A program made the translations under genes and the position numbers. A stretch of DNA of 64,000 nt from Methanobacteriota archaeon (GTDB lineage: Archaea > Halobacteriota > Bog-38 > Methanoflorentales > Methanoflorentaceae): NCBI GenBank assembly GCA_963805115.1, contig CAWDSY010000010.1, forward strand, positions 51,464-115,463, written 5' to 3'. Below, piece after piece: positions 10,239 to 19,496 of the stretch. The notes beneath the pieces are model-generated. The model ran no database searches. It had not been told where the DNA came from and saw nothing but the letters and a program-made list of their open reading frames with translations. The stretch's first letter is position 1, and every line of letters begins with the position of its first letter.

Positions 10239-10724
10239 ATGGTTAACGTGTTAGTAGTCTACTATTCGCGCACCGGAAATACCAAAACGATGGCCGAGGC
10301 AATAGCCGACGCGGCGCACGAAGAAGGCGCTGTGGTCAGACTCAAAGAGGTGGCCGATGCGTCAAATGATGACCTTGTGTGGGCAGACGGCATCATTATC
10401 GGCTCACCGGTGTACTTCGGCCTACCGGCAAGCGCGATCAAGAAGTTCATCGAAGACTCGGTCAGTGTCAGGAGGCAACTCGAAAACAAGGTCGGCGCTG
10501 CCTTCGTCAGCTCTGGACACCGCGCAGGAGGCAGGGAAACCACCATTATGGCGCTCCTCCAGGCCTTCATCGTGCACGGCATGGTCGTATGCGGCGACCC
10601 GATCTCCTCTGGCGGACACTTTGGCGCGGTTGCTACCGGGGCGCCTGACGATCAGGCCTCGCAGGAGTGCAGGGGTTTGGCGAAAAAAGTGGTAATGCTC
10701 GCCACGAAACTACAACGCGGGTAG
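10239..10724 (+). CDS. flavodoxin family protein (WrbA-like)
   Basis: VVYYSRTGNTKTMA, DGIIIGSPVYFG, KVGAAFVSSG..GGRETT. Confidence 0.9.
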   Translation: MVNVLVVYYSRTGNTKTMAEAIADAAHEEGAVVRLKEVADASNDDLVWADGIIIGSPVYFGLPASAIKKFIEDSVSVRRQLENKVGAAFVSSGHRAGGRETTIMALLQAFIVHGMVVCGDPISSGGHFGAVATGAPDDQASQECRGLAKKVVMLATKLQRG

Positions 10725-10917
10725 GGGCGTTCGTGTGCGATGACGACGATCCTGTCGGAAACGCGCACCCGAGAGTTCACGCTTACGCAAAAAAGACGCA
10801 CTATGCGTCGTGAGATATCCGCCTTAGCTCGTTTCCGTAACGTTTTATAGTGGCGGCGCCACCTATCCCTTGTCGGAGCGCCCCGTTGACAGCGATGCAC
10901 GGCGGGAGGTGTGAGAG

Positions 10918-11079
10918 ATGCGAATGCGTACCAAGTTGGTCGCGATCATACTGCTGCTCATTGCGGCGATATTCAGCGCGTACTACCAAGTGGCGCACGG
11001 ATTCAGCTACCTTCAGAGTGCGGGCATCGTTTTGATGCTTGTCGTGATTGTGCTTCTGGTTGCCGAAAAGCAGGTATAG
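10918..11079 (+). CDS. small 2-TM membrane protein, 53 aa (not in ORF track)
   Basis: MRMRTKLVAIILLLIAAIFSAYYQVAHGFSYLQSAGIVLMLVVIVLLVAEKQV; SD GGGAGGTG. Confidence 0.65.
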   Translation: MRMRTKLVAIILLLIAAIFSAYYQVAHGFSYLQSAGIVLMLVVIVLLVAEKQV

Positions 11080-11297
11080 GACAAGGGTCTGTAACCGGGG
11101 CCGGAGCCAGATCCCGCACGACAGAAGCCGCGACGCTGTTTGCAGCAGGAGGGGACGTGCGCGGGATTGCGGCTTTTTGATCGAAAAGTTTCGAGATTAT
11201 GCGCCTAGAAAGGCTTAAGCCCTTTCCTTCCAGAATCTGTCTAAGAACGTCGCACTTTTTGCCATAACGCTACACAACCGACGGTCGGAACAAACTC

Positions 11298-11777
11298 GTG
11301 ACAGACATATACCAACTCACCCTCGCATTCATCTACGTGCTCTTCGTGCCGGGATTTGCCATGTCGCTCGCGGTGTTTCCCAGGCGCAACGAGCTCGAGA
11401 TCACCGAGCGACTTGCGCTTTCGATCGGGCTAAGTCTCACCATCGTAATCGCCCTAGGACTGGTTCTCGGCTACGCCCAAACCCTTACAGCCGCAACCGG
11501 CGGCATCACCGCGTACTCGCTGCTCTTCGGCATAGGCTTTGTAACCGTATTTTTCCTCGTCATATGGGTACTGCGAAGGGCGGAGCTGGCGGTTGTCGAA
11601 AGGCGCGACGCGGCGCGACCTGAACGCGAGATGGTATTAGACGCGAGCACTGCCAAGCGCGAGAAGGCATTAGACGCGAGCACTGCCAGGCGCGAGATGG
11701 TATTAGACGCGAGCACTGCCAAGCCTGTGCGCCCAGAGGACACAACACAAGCAGAGGCCAGACCGCGCAGGCGTTGA
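11298..11777 (+). CDS. DUF1616-like membrane protein
   Basis: YVLFVPGFAMSLAVFP...ERLALSIGLSL signature; three TM segments; repeat tail. Confidence 0.75.
   Translation: MTDIYQLTLAFIYVLFVPGFAMSLAVFPRRNELEITERLALSIGLSLTIVIALGLVLGYAQTLTAATGGITAYSLLFGIGFVTVFFLVIWVLRRAELAVVERRDAARPEREMVLDASTAKREKALDASTARREMVLDASTAKPVRPEDTTQAEARPRRR
11625..11723. repeat. 33-bp in-frame tandem repeat x3 (RE(M/K)(V/A)LDASTA(K/R))
   Basis: CGCGAG starts at 11625, 11658, 11691. Confidence 0.95.
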
Positions 11778-12151
11778 CGCCTGCCGCGGCGCGGCGCGAA
11801 GACGGCCGACCCAGACGTAAGGAGTCTCAACCCAGGCGCGGCACGTAGCTGCAACCGAAGCCGACCTATGCAACGGTCGAGTCGTTCACCAGCGGTATCG
11901 CTGCTCATCACAGGATGCGCACTCCGGCTCGCAGAACCCCCCTCTGTTGTAACTAAATTAAGCGAGAAGCCCCTTGCGAGAGCTAGAGGAGTGGTCACTG
12001 CGTCCACTGGGCGGTACTAGGAGATCGGATGGTCGCCGAGCGCCCTTCTTCGGCATTTTCAGGATAGTGGCTTTATATCGTCTGGGTCACTCTTTTATCG
12101 GATGGCCTTGATCGAGGCCTCATCCGTATTGAGAGGAGGTTCGAGAGAGAA

Positions 12152-12283
12152 ATGAACTATGAAAAAGAGATGAATGACCTGAAGGAGCGCGTGTCCAAGC
12201 TCGAGCATCGCCTGGACGACGTACGATCAGAGGTAAAAACGCTGTATAACTACATGGAGCGCGACAGCGCCGGTCTGCGATGA
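12152..12283 (+). CDS. small coiled-coil protein, 43 aa (not in ORF track)
   Basis: MNYEKEMNDLKERVSKLEHRLDDVRSEVKTLYNYMERDSAGLR; GAGGAGGT and TTTATA upstream; heptad pattern. Confidence 0.6.
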   Translation: MNYEKEMNDLKERVSKLEHRLDDVRSEVKTLYNYMERDSAGLR

Positions 12284-12350
12284 CGCTGTGCCCTCCGCTC
12301 AGCCACGACGAGAGTGCGGCTAATTTTTACGCCTCTGACGCGCGTGGTCT

Positions 12351-12827
12351 TTACCGGTTGAGCAGGTAGACCGACGCGTTCAAGGCGGTGGCGATAGTCA
12401 CCCATGCGATGTAGGGCACGAGTAGGTACGACGCCCGCCGGTCCACCTTGTAGAGTTGATAGATGGTAGCGGCGATCAGTATCCACAGCAGCACGATGGT
12501 GAGCAGGCCGTACAGTGTGTTCTGCAGCCCAAAAAAAACTACCGTCCAGACAACGTTGACGGTGAGCTGTGCAGCGAAGAGCGCGATCCCGACGTCTCTT
12601 GTGCGAGTTCGAGGCGATCGCCATATGAGGAACAACGCCAGGCCCATCATGATATAGAGAATCGTCCAGACGGGCCCGAAAGCCGCATTCGGCGGAGTGA
12701 ACCAGGGCTTGTTGAGCGCGGCGTACCACGTTGGAATGGAGGTGAGGGTAAACACTGACGACCCCAAACCCGCTAACAACGGCACCGCGACGGAGACGAT
12801 CAGTTTAATGACGTCGACAGCTTTCAT
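12351..12827 (-). CDS. tspO: TspO/MBR family tryptophan-rich sensory protein
   Basis: WYAALNKPWFTPPNAAFGPVWTILY, LLVPYIAWVTIATALN; start at MKAVDV. Confidence 0.93.
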   Translation of the reverse strand: MKAVDVIKLIVSVAVPLLAGLGSSVFTLTSIPTWYAALNKPWFTPPNAAFGPVWTILYIMMGLALFLIWRSPRTRTRDVGIALFAAQLTVNVVWTVVFFGLQNTLYGLLTIVLLWILIAATIYQLYKVDRRASYLLVPYIAWVTIATALNASVYLLNR

Positions 12828-13919
12828 CGACCGTGTGTGGCATCGCCCCCTATAAAGCGCTTTTGTAATTGTTTGGGCATCTACGTCAGCGCCACTATGG
12901 TGAAAGATGGCCAATAAACTCGTTTGGACGATGCCCGCTCTAGCAGCCTGCAGTTTTGTGCGACTCTTCTTAACGCGACGCACGATGGTTTCAATCCCTC
13001 GAAAGCTGCCGTGTAGCGTCTTACGAGCGAATTGACACGCGGCTCGCAGCACGCCTACGTCACCCCCCAAACTGCATAATCGCCGCAAACCGCAGCTGAT
13101 GCGACGCTCACATCACCACGCACGGTGAATAGCGAAACGTGGCTCGGCGCCATCCTCGTCTACCCGTAGGCGGTTGCTGATGCCCCCCGGTTATTCGCTA
13201 TCAGTCACCGAATCGTCGGAATGCACATTCGGCGACCAGGATCGCGGCCACTGCCTATGCGCTAAGTATAGCGGCCCGCCCCCAAATCGCATCAACCACC
13301 GCTAAGGAAGAGTGGACGCACGGCATTTCCCGCATAGTTCGCGGACGGGTTATGGTTCGTTATACGCCCAGATCGACCTACCCACGAGGGGGTCCTATGG
13401 ACGCACAAGAAGAGAGAAAGGAAGAGTACAGTAAGAGCAAGGAAGTAAAGGGCAAGGCGGAGAAAAAGGAAGAGTTCGCTCCGGACCTTCAACGCACCGT
13501 ACACGAGGAGTGCGGCAGCCACCAGTATCGTCGTCCCCAGCAAATTGTCAGGCCTCATCTTTTTTCCTTTTAAGACCATCGTGAATGTTCCGATGGTTGC
13601 TTTTTTGGGGAGAATCCATATTCTCATCTGTCACGGCTTAATCTTGTACTGAGTTAGTAGAGCTGCAAACTGGTGTCCATTGAAGAGGTTCTTGACGTAG
13701 TCGTGGAAGCGTTGGGCAGTTTTTGGCGGTTAGTATTACTATCCTGATGCAATATTGCATCCTCATTGCAATTTTGCCAAAAACCTTTTATACATCAGCG
13801 TAGTATAGTAGCGCCCGGGAGATAGGTCTCGTTTTTTTGGGGGATTTTTAAAACGGACGTTCACTCCCTGGTAAACGGTGAGGCTTTGGAAATACTTGGC
13901 ATAGCGGTAGCGTTCGTAG

Positions 13920-14050
13920 GATCGAGCAGTTTATCGCTGCTGAACTGAGCAACCGATGGCTTGATCAAAGTGGGAATAACCGATGCGACGGACGATATCG
14001 CAACAGCAAAAGCCCATGGAGACAGTAGCGGTCATCATTCCGACGTTAAA
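13920..14050 (+). repeat. inverted degenerate copy of the GT2 upstream region and first codons (original ~6647-6796, minus strand)
   Basis: GATCGxGCAxTTxxCGCTxCTGAACTGAG and ATGGAGACxGTAGCGGTCxTCATTCCGACGTTAAA shared; encodes METVAVIIPTLKGKKEVV*. Confidence 0.75.
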
Positions 14051-14141
14051 AGGAAAAAAAGAAGTAGTATAAGGGAAAAGGAAGGAAGAGTCCTATAAGG
14101 GCAAGGAACTCGTTGCGTTACATCAAAGGAGGTGAAGCGAT

Positions 14142-14267
14142 ATGATTGAGCTTGTTGTTGGTGCTGCGTGGTTGGGTTGGTTAGGCATGTTTGGCGAGAT
14201 AGCTACAATACTTGGTGACCTCCTCCTCGGCGTCGTAGGCTTTTTTGCATATCTCTCGTTGATCTGA
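14142..14267 (+). CDS. small hydrophobic Gly-rich peptide, 41 aa (not in ORF track)
   Basis: MIELVVGAAWLGWLGMFGEIATILGDLLLGVVGFFAYLSLI; strong SD AAAGGAGGTGA shortly upstream. Confidence 0.65.
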   Translation: MIELVVGAAWLGWLGMFGEIATILGDLLLGVVGFFAYLSLI

Positions 14268-14598
14268 AAGAGAATAGCACTAGCCGCCTAAGCGACGATC
14301 CTACAGACGCAAAAGAACGGCAGAAACAAGAGTACTACGGGGGAGAAAAAAGCCAAAAACAGCTCACCCGCGAACGTGTGCAGGCCATACTCGTGTCCTG
14401 TCGCTGGTAGTCGTCAACGATCAGCAACGGCTGCATGCTGCCACTGAGAGGGGGAAATAACGAACTGGCCTGAGCAGGCGCAATCTTTGCTGTACACGGG
14501 AACCCGTCATCGGCAAGAAAGCGATGGGCTGCTCTGCGCCATAACACGCATCGTGAGAGCGTGAGCAGGTAGCGGGGCCACAAACTGTGGCTTCTACC

Positions 14599-15048
14599 TT
14601 AAAAGCGGATTCGCTCAATGGCGGATTCGCGCCCACTGTCTGCAGACGTCCAGAACGCCGCCTCGCCGTTTTGGACCCGGAATATGACTTGATCGTCGGC
14701 ATGAGGACGCAGGAACGGCCGCTCATTAAGAAGGCGCTCTTTGAGGTTCGCATCGTCAAGAAAACGCACGTCGCCTGACGCTCGCATCATTGTTCCGATG
14801 TCCGTTGAGCCCTCCTGGCCAAGCGGGCCTTTTGGCGGGGCATAAAAGCACACCTCAGCCTTCCGATTTGTTGTAAGCTCTCGAAATATCTTTTTCGTCT
14901 TCACCGTAGAGAAATAGAAGCCCCGTGCGTCCGCAAACCACATCCCGAGCATCCGCACACGCGGCTGGTCGTGATCACACGTGGCGACTGAACAGATCAT
15001 GTGCTGATTAGCAAAGCGCACGCAGTCGTCAAAGTTCGCCATATCCAT
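14599..15048 (-). CDS. pyridoxamine 5'-phosphate oxidase family (split-barrel flavin-binding) protein
   Basis: VATCDHDQPRVR, GFYFSTVKTK, NRKAEVCF; SD AAGGGTGA before MDMANF. Confidence 0.85.
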   Translation of the reverse strand: MDMANFDDCVRFANQHMICSVATCDHDQPRVRMLGMWFADARGFYFSTVKTKKIFRELTTNRKAEVCFYAPPKGPLGQEGSTDIGTMMRASGDVRFLDDANLKERLLNERPFLRPHADDQVIFRVQNGEAAFWTSADSGRESAIERIRF

Positions 15049-15298
15049 ACTATCACCCTTCGGTTCGTTCAGTTGTCGTGTCGGAGCATGAAGTTGTTGG
15101 CCAACGTATAGCCCGAGCGTTCGCACTGTTTCGAAAACGGCCAGCAGTCGCCGTTCACGCGCGCCGCCGGCGCCGCTCGGCTGCCACGTGTTCCGGCCCC
15201 GTCTCGCATCGTGTCGATTCTTGCAGCGAGAGGATGCTACAGCGACAAAGACTCGAACACGATGCGCCGGTCCGACACGGCGTTCGTTTGAACAGGAC

Positions 15299-16138
15299 TC
15301 ATTCGTTCACCTTCCAGTACACCCGATGATCGGTAATGTCGTACGCAACGTTATAGGTGCTCACGAGTCCACTCAAGTGACCTTTTATGGTCGTAACGGA
15401 GAGCCAATACTGGGCCAGGTTGTCCTGCACGGTAAGCTCCTTGAGCACAGCGTAGATGAGGTCTTCCGTTGATCGGGGACGCTCTAAAAGCCGCAGAATC
15501 ATAGCGTCAATCTCTGCAAGCCGCTCTAAGTGAAGCGCGATCTCGCCGGCACTCTCATCCTTTGACATGACCTCGCCGTGGCCCGGAACAAGCCAGTCAA
15601 ACGTGGCGTTCTTTATTGCGTTGAGCGAGCGTCGCGTGAGCTCGACGTCTATGGAATACGGCAGCTTGTGTCGTTCCCAGACCGCTTTCGAATATAACGC
15701 GTCTCCCGCAAAGAGCACCCCGTCGCACAGATAGCCCGTGTGCCCCATCGTGTGACCCGGCAAGAGCAACGGGGCAATCGTTCCTTCGAACGGATAGTCT
15801 TCGGTGTAGCGATCGACCGTGCACGCCTCTCCGAGGAAGAATCGTGTCGTCATCTCGATCGGTGGACGCGCCCAGCTGAACATACCCCGAACGTTCACCT
15901 CCGGAATTTCGATCAGAAACGCGTCCTCTTTCGGAGCCACCACGATCGCCCCCGTGCGTCTCTGGAGCGTGCTCGCCCACCCAAAGTGATCGGCGTGTCC
16001 GTGCGTGATGAGAATCGCCTGAAGAGTGAGTGGGGCGTCAATAGCTGCTGTGTCGATCAGGTGATTTTCGTACAGACCAACGTTGGTCTTCCCGAGAATG
16101 CAGGTGACGTCGTTCAATTCGATGACTTTTTGTTTCAC
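15299..16138 (-). CDS. MBL-fold metallo-hydrolase
   Basis: THGHADHFG, PGHTMGH, FAGDAL, VPGHG motifs. Confidence 0.92.
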   Translation of the reverse strand: MKQKVIELNDVTCILGKTNVGLYENHLIDTAAIDAPLTLQAILITHGHADHFGWASTLQRRTGAIVVAPKEDAFLIEIPEVNVRGMFSWARPPIEMTTRFFLGEACTVDRYTEDYPFEGTIAPLLLPGHTMGHTGYLCDGVLFAGDALYSKAVWERHKLPYSIDVELTRRSLNAIKNATFDWLVPGHGEVMSKDESAGEIALHLERLAEIDAMILRLLERPRSTEDLIYAVLKELTVQDNLAQYWLSVTTIKGHLSGLVSTYNVAYDITDHRVYWKVNE

Positions 16139-16635
16139 GCTGTGGCCTTCCGAACAATCGCCAACGGTTCGTGCCGCCCATCCCGGAGAGTGAAGAATGG
16201 AACAGGCTGCACTTCGTGCTGCCGATGATCGAGTGTTTGCGGGTACTCGGCGATAACTCTAACGGCATAATAAGCTTTTGAACGCTAACTCAGTGCACCC
16301 ATAACAGCCAGGGGTTCTGTTGCTTGGTCCAGAAATCAGTGTGCCGTCTTAACGTGACTCTGCACATGTCGTAACGGCGAGCACGCCAACGGGTTTTGCT
16401 CCGTTAAGCGACTCTGAATCCGTGGATGTGCCACCGGCATGCGCGAGCATCCCGGAACCAGTTGAAGCACGCCTGCGCATCGTGCCTTCGACAGAGCTCG
16501 TCGCACGAGCGACGCACGGATGAACCCGCAGTCAGCTTCGCGCGCCCAAACCAGAGCGCTTAGTCACGTCTGGACGTATGAGCGACGCACCGAATCCTGA
16601 TCTCCATTTCCGGTCCTCTTCTCCGCTCGACTTGC

Positions 16636-17385
16636 TCAATCGTTGAATCTCTTGTAGAGGTAGTTCGCAATCAACTGGAAGATCAGGATGAAGACGATGA
16701 GCATCACGACGTCAACAATCGGGTGGAACGTCATTTTACCGTTGTATCCGCCCTGGACGAGGTCGTTCGCGTACGTGAGCGGCGAAATATAAGCGATCAT
16801 CTGCCCGACGGCGGGTAGGGTCGCGATAGGGATGAAGACGCCCGATATGAAGATGAGCGGGAACCTGACGACGTTCACCATCGAGATGATGTCGCCGGGG
16901 TTCTCCGTCGGATATGCCGCAAAGAGAGTCCCGAGCGTTGCAAAGCACAGCGAACTGAACAGGATCCCCAGCACAATGAGGAATATGTTCGTGATGGGCG
17001 TCATCAGGATGATCAGCGCCGCGACAAACACCACCACCGCAATAAGAAGGCTGTAGAGAAGACCGCTGAGGCTCTCGCCCAACACCAGCGCATTCAGGGA
17101 GATGGGAGCGGCGAGCAGCCGGTCAAAGGTCGCCATTCTCCGTTCGATCGGGACGGATACCGGTTCTATCGATGAGGCAGAAAAGAGTGTCGTTATCCCG
17201 ATGAGTCCCGGGACCAGCGCAACGGGGGTCGCAAGCTTCCCTGCCGTGAACGCGAGGAACATAAAAAGCGGGAAGAGCACCCCACCGACGATGACGCCTG
17301 GCCTGAGGTAATAGATGAGGACGTCTTTTTTCGCAATCGCCCACGCGGCAACGAGTTCGCGGGAAAGGCGGTCTTGGAACCCCAT
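16636..17385 (-). CDS. ABC-2 type transporter permease
   Basis: Six TM segments; IERRMATFDRLLAAPIS, PLIFISGVFIP, ISPLTYAND. Confidence 0.92.
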   Translation of the reverse strand: MGFQDRLSRELVAAWAIAKKDVLIYYLRPGVIVGGVLFPLFMFLAFTAGKLATPVALVPGLIGITTLFSASSIEPVSVPIERRMATFDRLLAAPISLNALVLGESLSGLLYSLLIAVVVFVAALIILMTPITNIFLIVLGILFSSLCFATLGTLFAAYPTENPGDIISMVNVVRFPLIFISGVFIPIATLPAVGQMIAYISPLTYANDLVQGGYNGKMTFHPIVDVVMLIVFILIFQLIANYLYKRFND

Positions 17386-17389
17386 AGGG

Positions 17390-18514
17390 TTAATCGATGG
17401 CAGTCACCCCACCACCTGAGTGCTGTAGCCCGGTCAACTTGACAAAGACGTCTTCAAGGCTCGGACCGAGCGTCGTGATGCTTATCACCCGTGTGTGGTG
17501 CGTTTGCGCGTACGCCATCACGCCTTCGATGACCTCTGTCGGGTTCTCTGTGAAGAGCTTGAACTTGTCACCTTCCTTGCGAGCGTCGTTCACCATCGGG
17601 AGGCTGCGCAGCTCGTCAAGCCACTCAGGCGATTTGCCGTCCAAAAAGGCGACCTCGACAGACTGGACGCTTTGAATCGTCTTTTTCAGCCGTTCGGGCG
17701 CGTCGATGGCGGCGATGTGGCCCCTGTCGATAATAGCCACCCGGTCGCAGAGGACGTTCGCCTCCTCGATGTTGTGGGTCGTCAGGAATACGGTGACTCC
17801 TCCAGCGATAAGGTCGCTGATCATGTCGCGGATGATGAGGTTGCTCTCCACATCGAGCCCGGAGGTCGGTTCGTCAAGGAAAAGCAGACGCGGGCTGTTA
17901 ACGAGGCCCATCGCGATGGTCAGCCGCCGCCTCATGCCCTTGGAGTACCCGTGCACCTTGTCACCTCGCCGTTCATGTAGCTCAAAACGCTTCAGAAGCT
18001 CGGTCGCTTTCTTATCCCGCTCGCTTCTGCCAACGCGATAGAGCTGCGCGGCGAGCATCATGTTCTGCCACCCGGTCAGGTCAGTGTACACGTTGGAGGT
18101 CTCGGAGACGATGCCCATGGATTGCCGTGCGGCAACGGTCTCGTGCACGATATCGTGGCCGAAGATGGTCGCCATTCCAGAGGTCGGAGGTGAGATCCCG
18201 GTGAGCATGCGGATCGTGGTCGTCTTGCCTGCCCCGTTAGGGCCTAAAAACCCGAAGGTCTCCCCGACCGCCACCGAGAAACTAATATCGTTGACGGCGG
18301 TGAAGGCTCCGAATTGCTTGACCAGATGAGAGACTTCAATCGCCTGCGCGTCGGTTTTCGTCGTTTCGATAGCGTTTGCTGCTGCTCCAACCGAGGGCGT
18401 CGGCGTGTCGATAGCTTTCGCTGCTGCTCCCTCCGTGGATGTCGGCGAGAAGGGCATGCCGTCGTGCAGTACGATCTTATCCCCTTCTTCAGTTTCCAGA
18501 TTGGTTCCATTCAT
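17390..18514 (-). CDS. ABC transporter ATP-binding protein (DrrA-like); probably the C-terminal part of a REC-linker-ATPase fusion
   Basis: Walker A GPNGAGKTT, signature YSKGM, Walker B LLFLDEPT, H-loop LTTH; repeat-derived N-terminal extension. Confidence 0.92.
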   Translation of the reverse strand: MNGTNLETEEGDKIVLHDGMPFSPTSTEGAAAKAIDTPTPSVGAAANAIETTKTDAQAIEVSHLVKQFGAFTAVNDISFSVAVGETFGFLGPNGAGKTTTIRMLTGISPPTSGMATIFGHDIVHETVAARQSMGIVSETSNVYTDLTGWQNMMLAAQLYRVGRSERDKKATELLKRFELHERRGDKVHGYSKGMRRRLTIAMGLVNSPRLLFLDEPTSGLDVESNLIIRDMISDLIAGGVTVFLTTHNIEEANVLCDRVAIIDRGHIAAIDAPERLKKTIQSVQSVEVAFLDGKSPEWLDELRSLPMVNDARKEGDKFKLFTENPTEVIEGVMAYAQTHHTRVISITTLGPSLEDVFVKLTGLQHSGGGVTAID

Positions 18515-19010
18515 CGTTTCAACGTCTTCAAACCGTTTGACGAGATCTTTAGTTTCGATAGCTTTTACGGCTCCACCCGTGGACGTCGGCGTTTCGAAAG
18601 CTTTTACGGCTGCGTCTGTGGACGTCGGCGAGAGGGCAAGCCGTTGTGCAGTACGATCTTATCCCCTTCTTCAGTTTCCAGATTGGTTCCATTCATCGTT
18701 TCAACGTCTTCAAACCGTTTGACGAGATCTTTAGTTTCGATAGCTTTTACGGCTCCACCCGTGGACGTCGGCGTTTCGAAAGCTTTTACGGCTGCGTCTG
18801 TGGACGTCGGCGAGAGGGCAAGCCGTTGTGCAGTACGATCTTATCCCCTTCTTCAGTTTCCAGATTGGTTCCATTCATCGTTTCAACGTCTTCAAACCGT
18901 TTGACGAGATCTTTAGTTTCGATAGCTTTTACGGCTCCACCCGTGGACGTCGGCGTTTCGAAAGCTTTTACGGCTGCGTCTGTGGACGTCGGCGTGCGGG
19001 ACAAGCCGTT
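18464..19010. repeat. tandem array of 182, 182 and 183-bp units between REC and ABC ATPase
   Basis: GTGCAGTACGATCTTA starts at 18464, 18646, 18828, 19011. Confidence 0.95.
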
Positions 19011-19496
19011 GTGCAGTACGATCTTACCTGCCTCTTCAACTTCCAGATTGGTTCCTTTCACGCTTCTCTCCAACGTTTCTAGCTTCTGGAGTCGTTCTTC
19101 TATAAAGTCCGTCACTTTATCCTCATCGAGTCTTTCAGCGGCACGTCGTTCTTTTAGCTTCTCCTCCATTACCTGTAACAAATCGTCAGGATTAAAAGGC
19201 TTAACAATGTAAGCTTTTGCTTCCAAATTTACAGATTGAATGGCGTTCTCTAAGCTCGCGGACCCAGTCACCATGATCTTGATCATCCCCGGCTTGATCT
19301 CTTGGAGACGCTCAAGCAGCTCGGTGCCCTGCATATCAGGAAGGTCTATGTCTAAGAGCGCGATGTCAAACCAGTCACTTTTTACCTTGTGAATGGCATC
19401 GCGTGAGGTTTCTGCTGTTTGTACAGCGTAGCCTGCGCTCTCGAGGATGGCTTTGGTGCTTTCGAGGATGGTCTGATCATCGTCAACAATGAGCAC
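18786..19496 (-). CDS. response regulator receiver protein, copy 1, running into the repeat linker
   Basis: LIVDDD, DIALLDIDLPDMQG, MVTG, YIVKPF. Confidence 0.9.
   Translation of the reverse strand: MLIVDDDQTILESTKAILESAGYAVQTAETSRDAIHKVKSDWFDIALLDIDLPDMQGTELLERLQEIKPGMIKIMVTGSASLENAIQSVNLEAKAYIVKPFNPDDLLQVMEEKLKERRAAERLDEDKVTDFIEERLQKLETLERSVKGTNLEVEEAGKIVLHNGLSRTPTSTDAAVKAFETPTSTGGAVKAIETKDLVKRFEDVETMNGTNLETEEGDKIVLHNGLPSRRRPQTQP

Noticed and set aside
11077-11094. TAG followed by a short in-frame extension and hairpin as pyrrolysine readthrough
   Set aside because: Only four further codons, and no pyl genes in the window.
13292-13627. Overlapping ORFs on both strands in a purine-skewed tract
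   Set aside because: Composition alone explains the Lys/Glu-rich and Leu/Phe-rich translations; cannot tell which, if either, is real.
18464-19010. Repeat array considered as CRISPR
   Set aside because: Units are contiguous ~182 bp with no unique spacers, and there are no cas genes.
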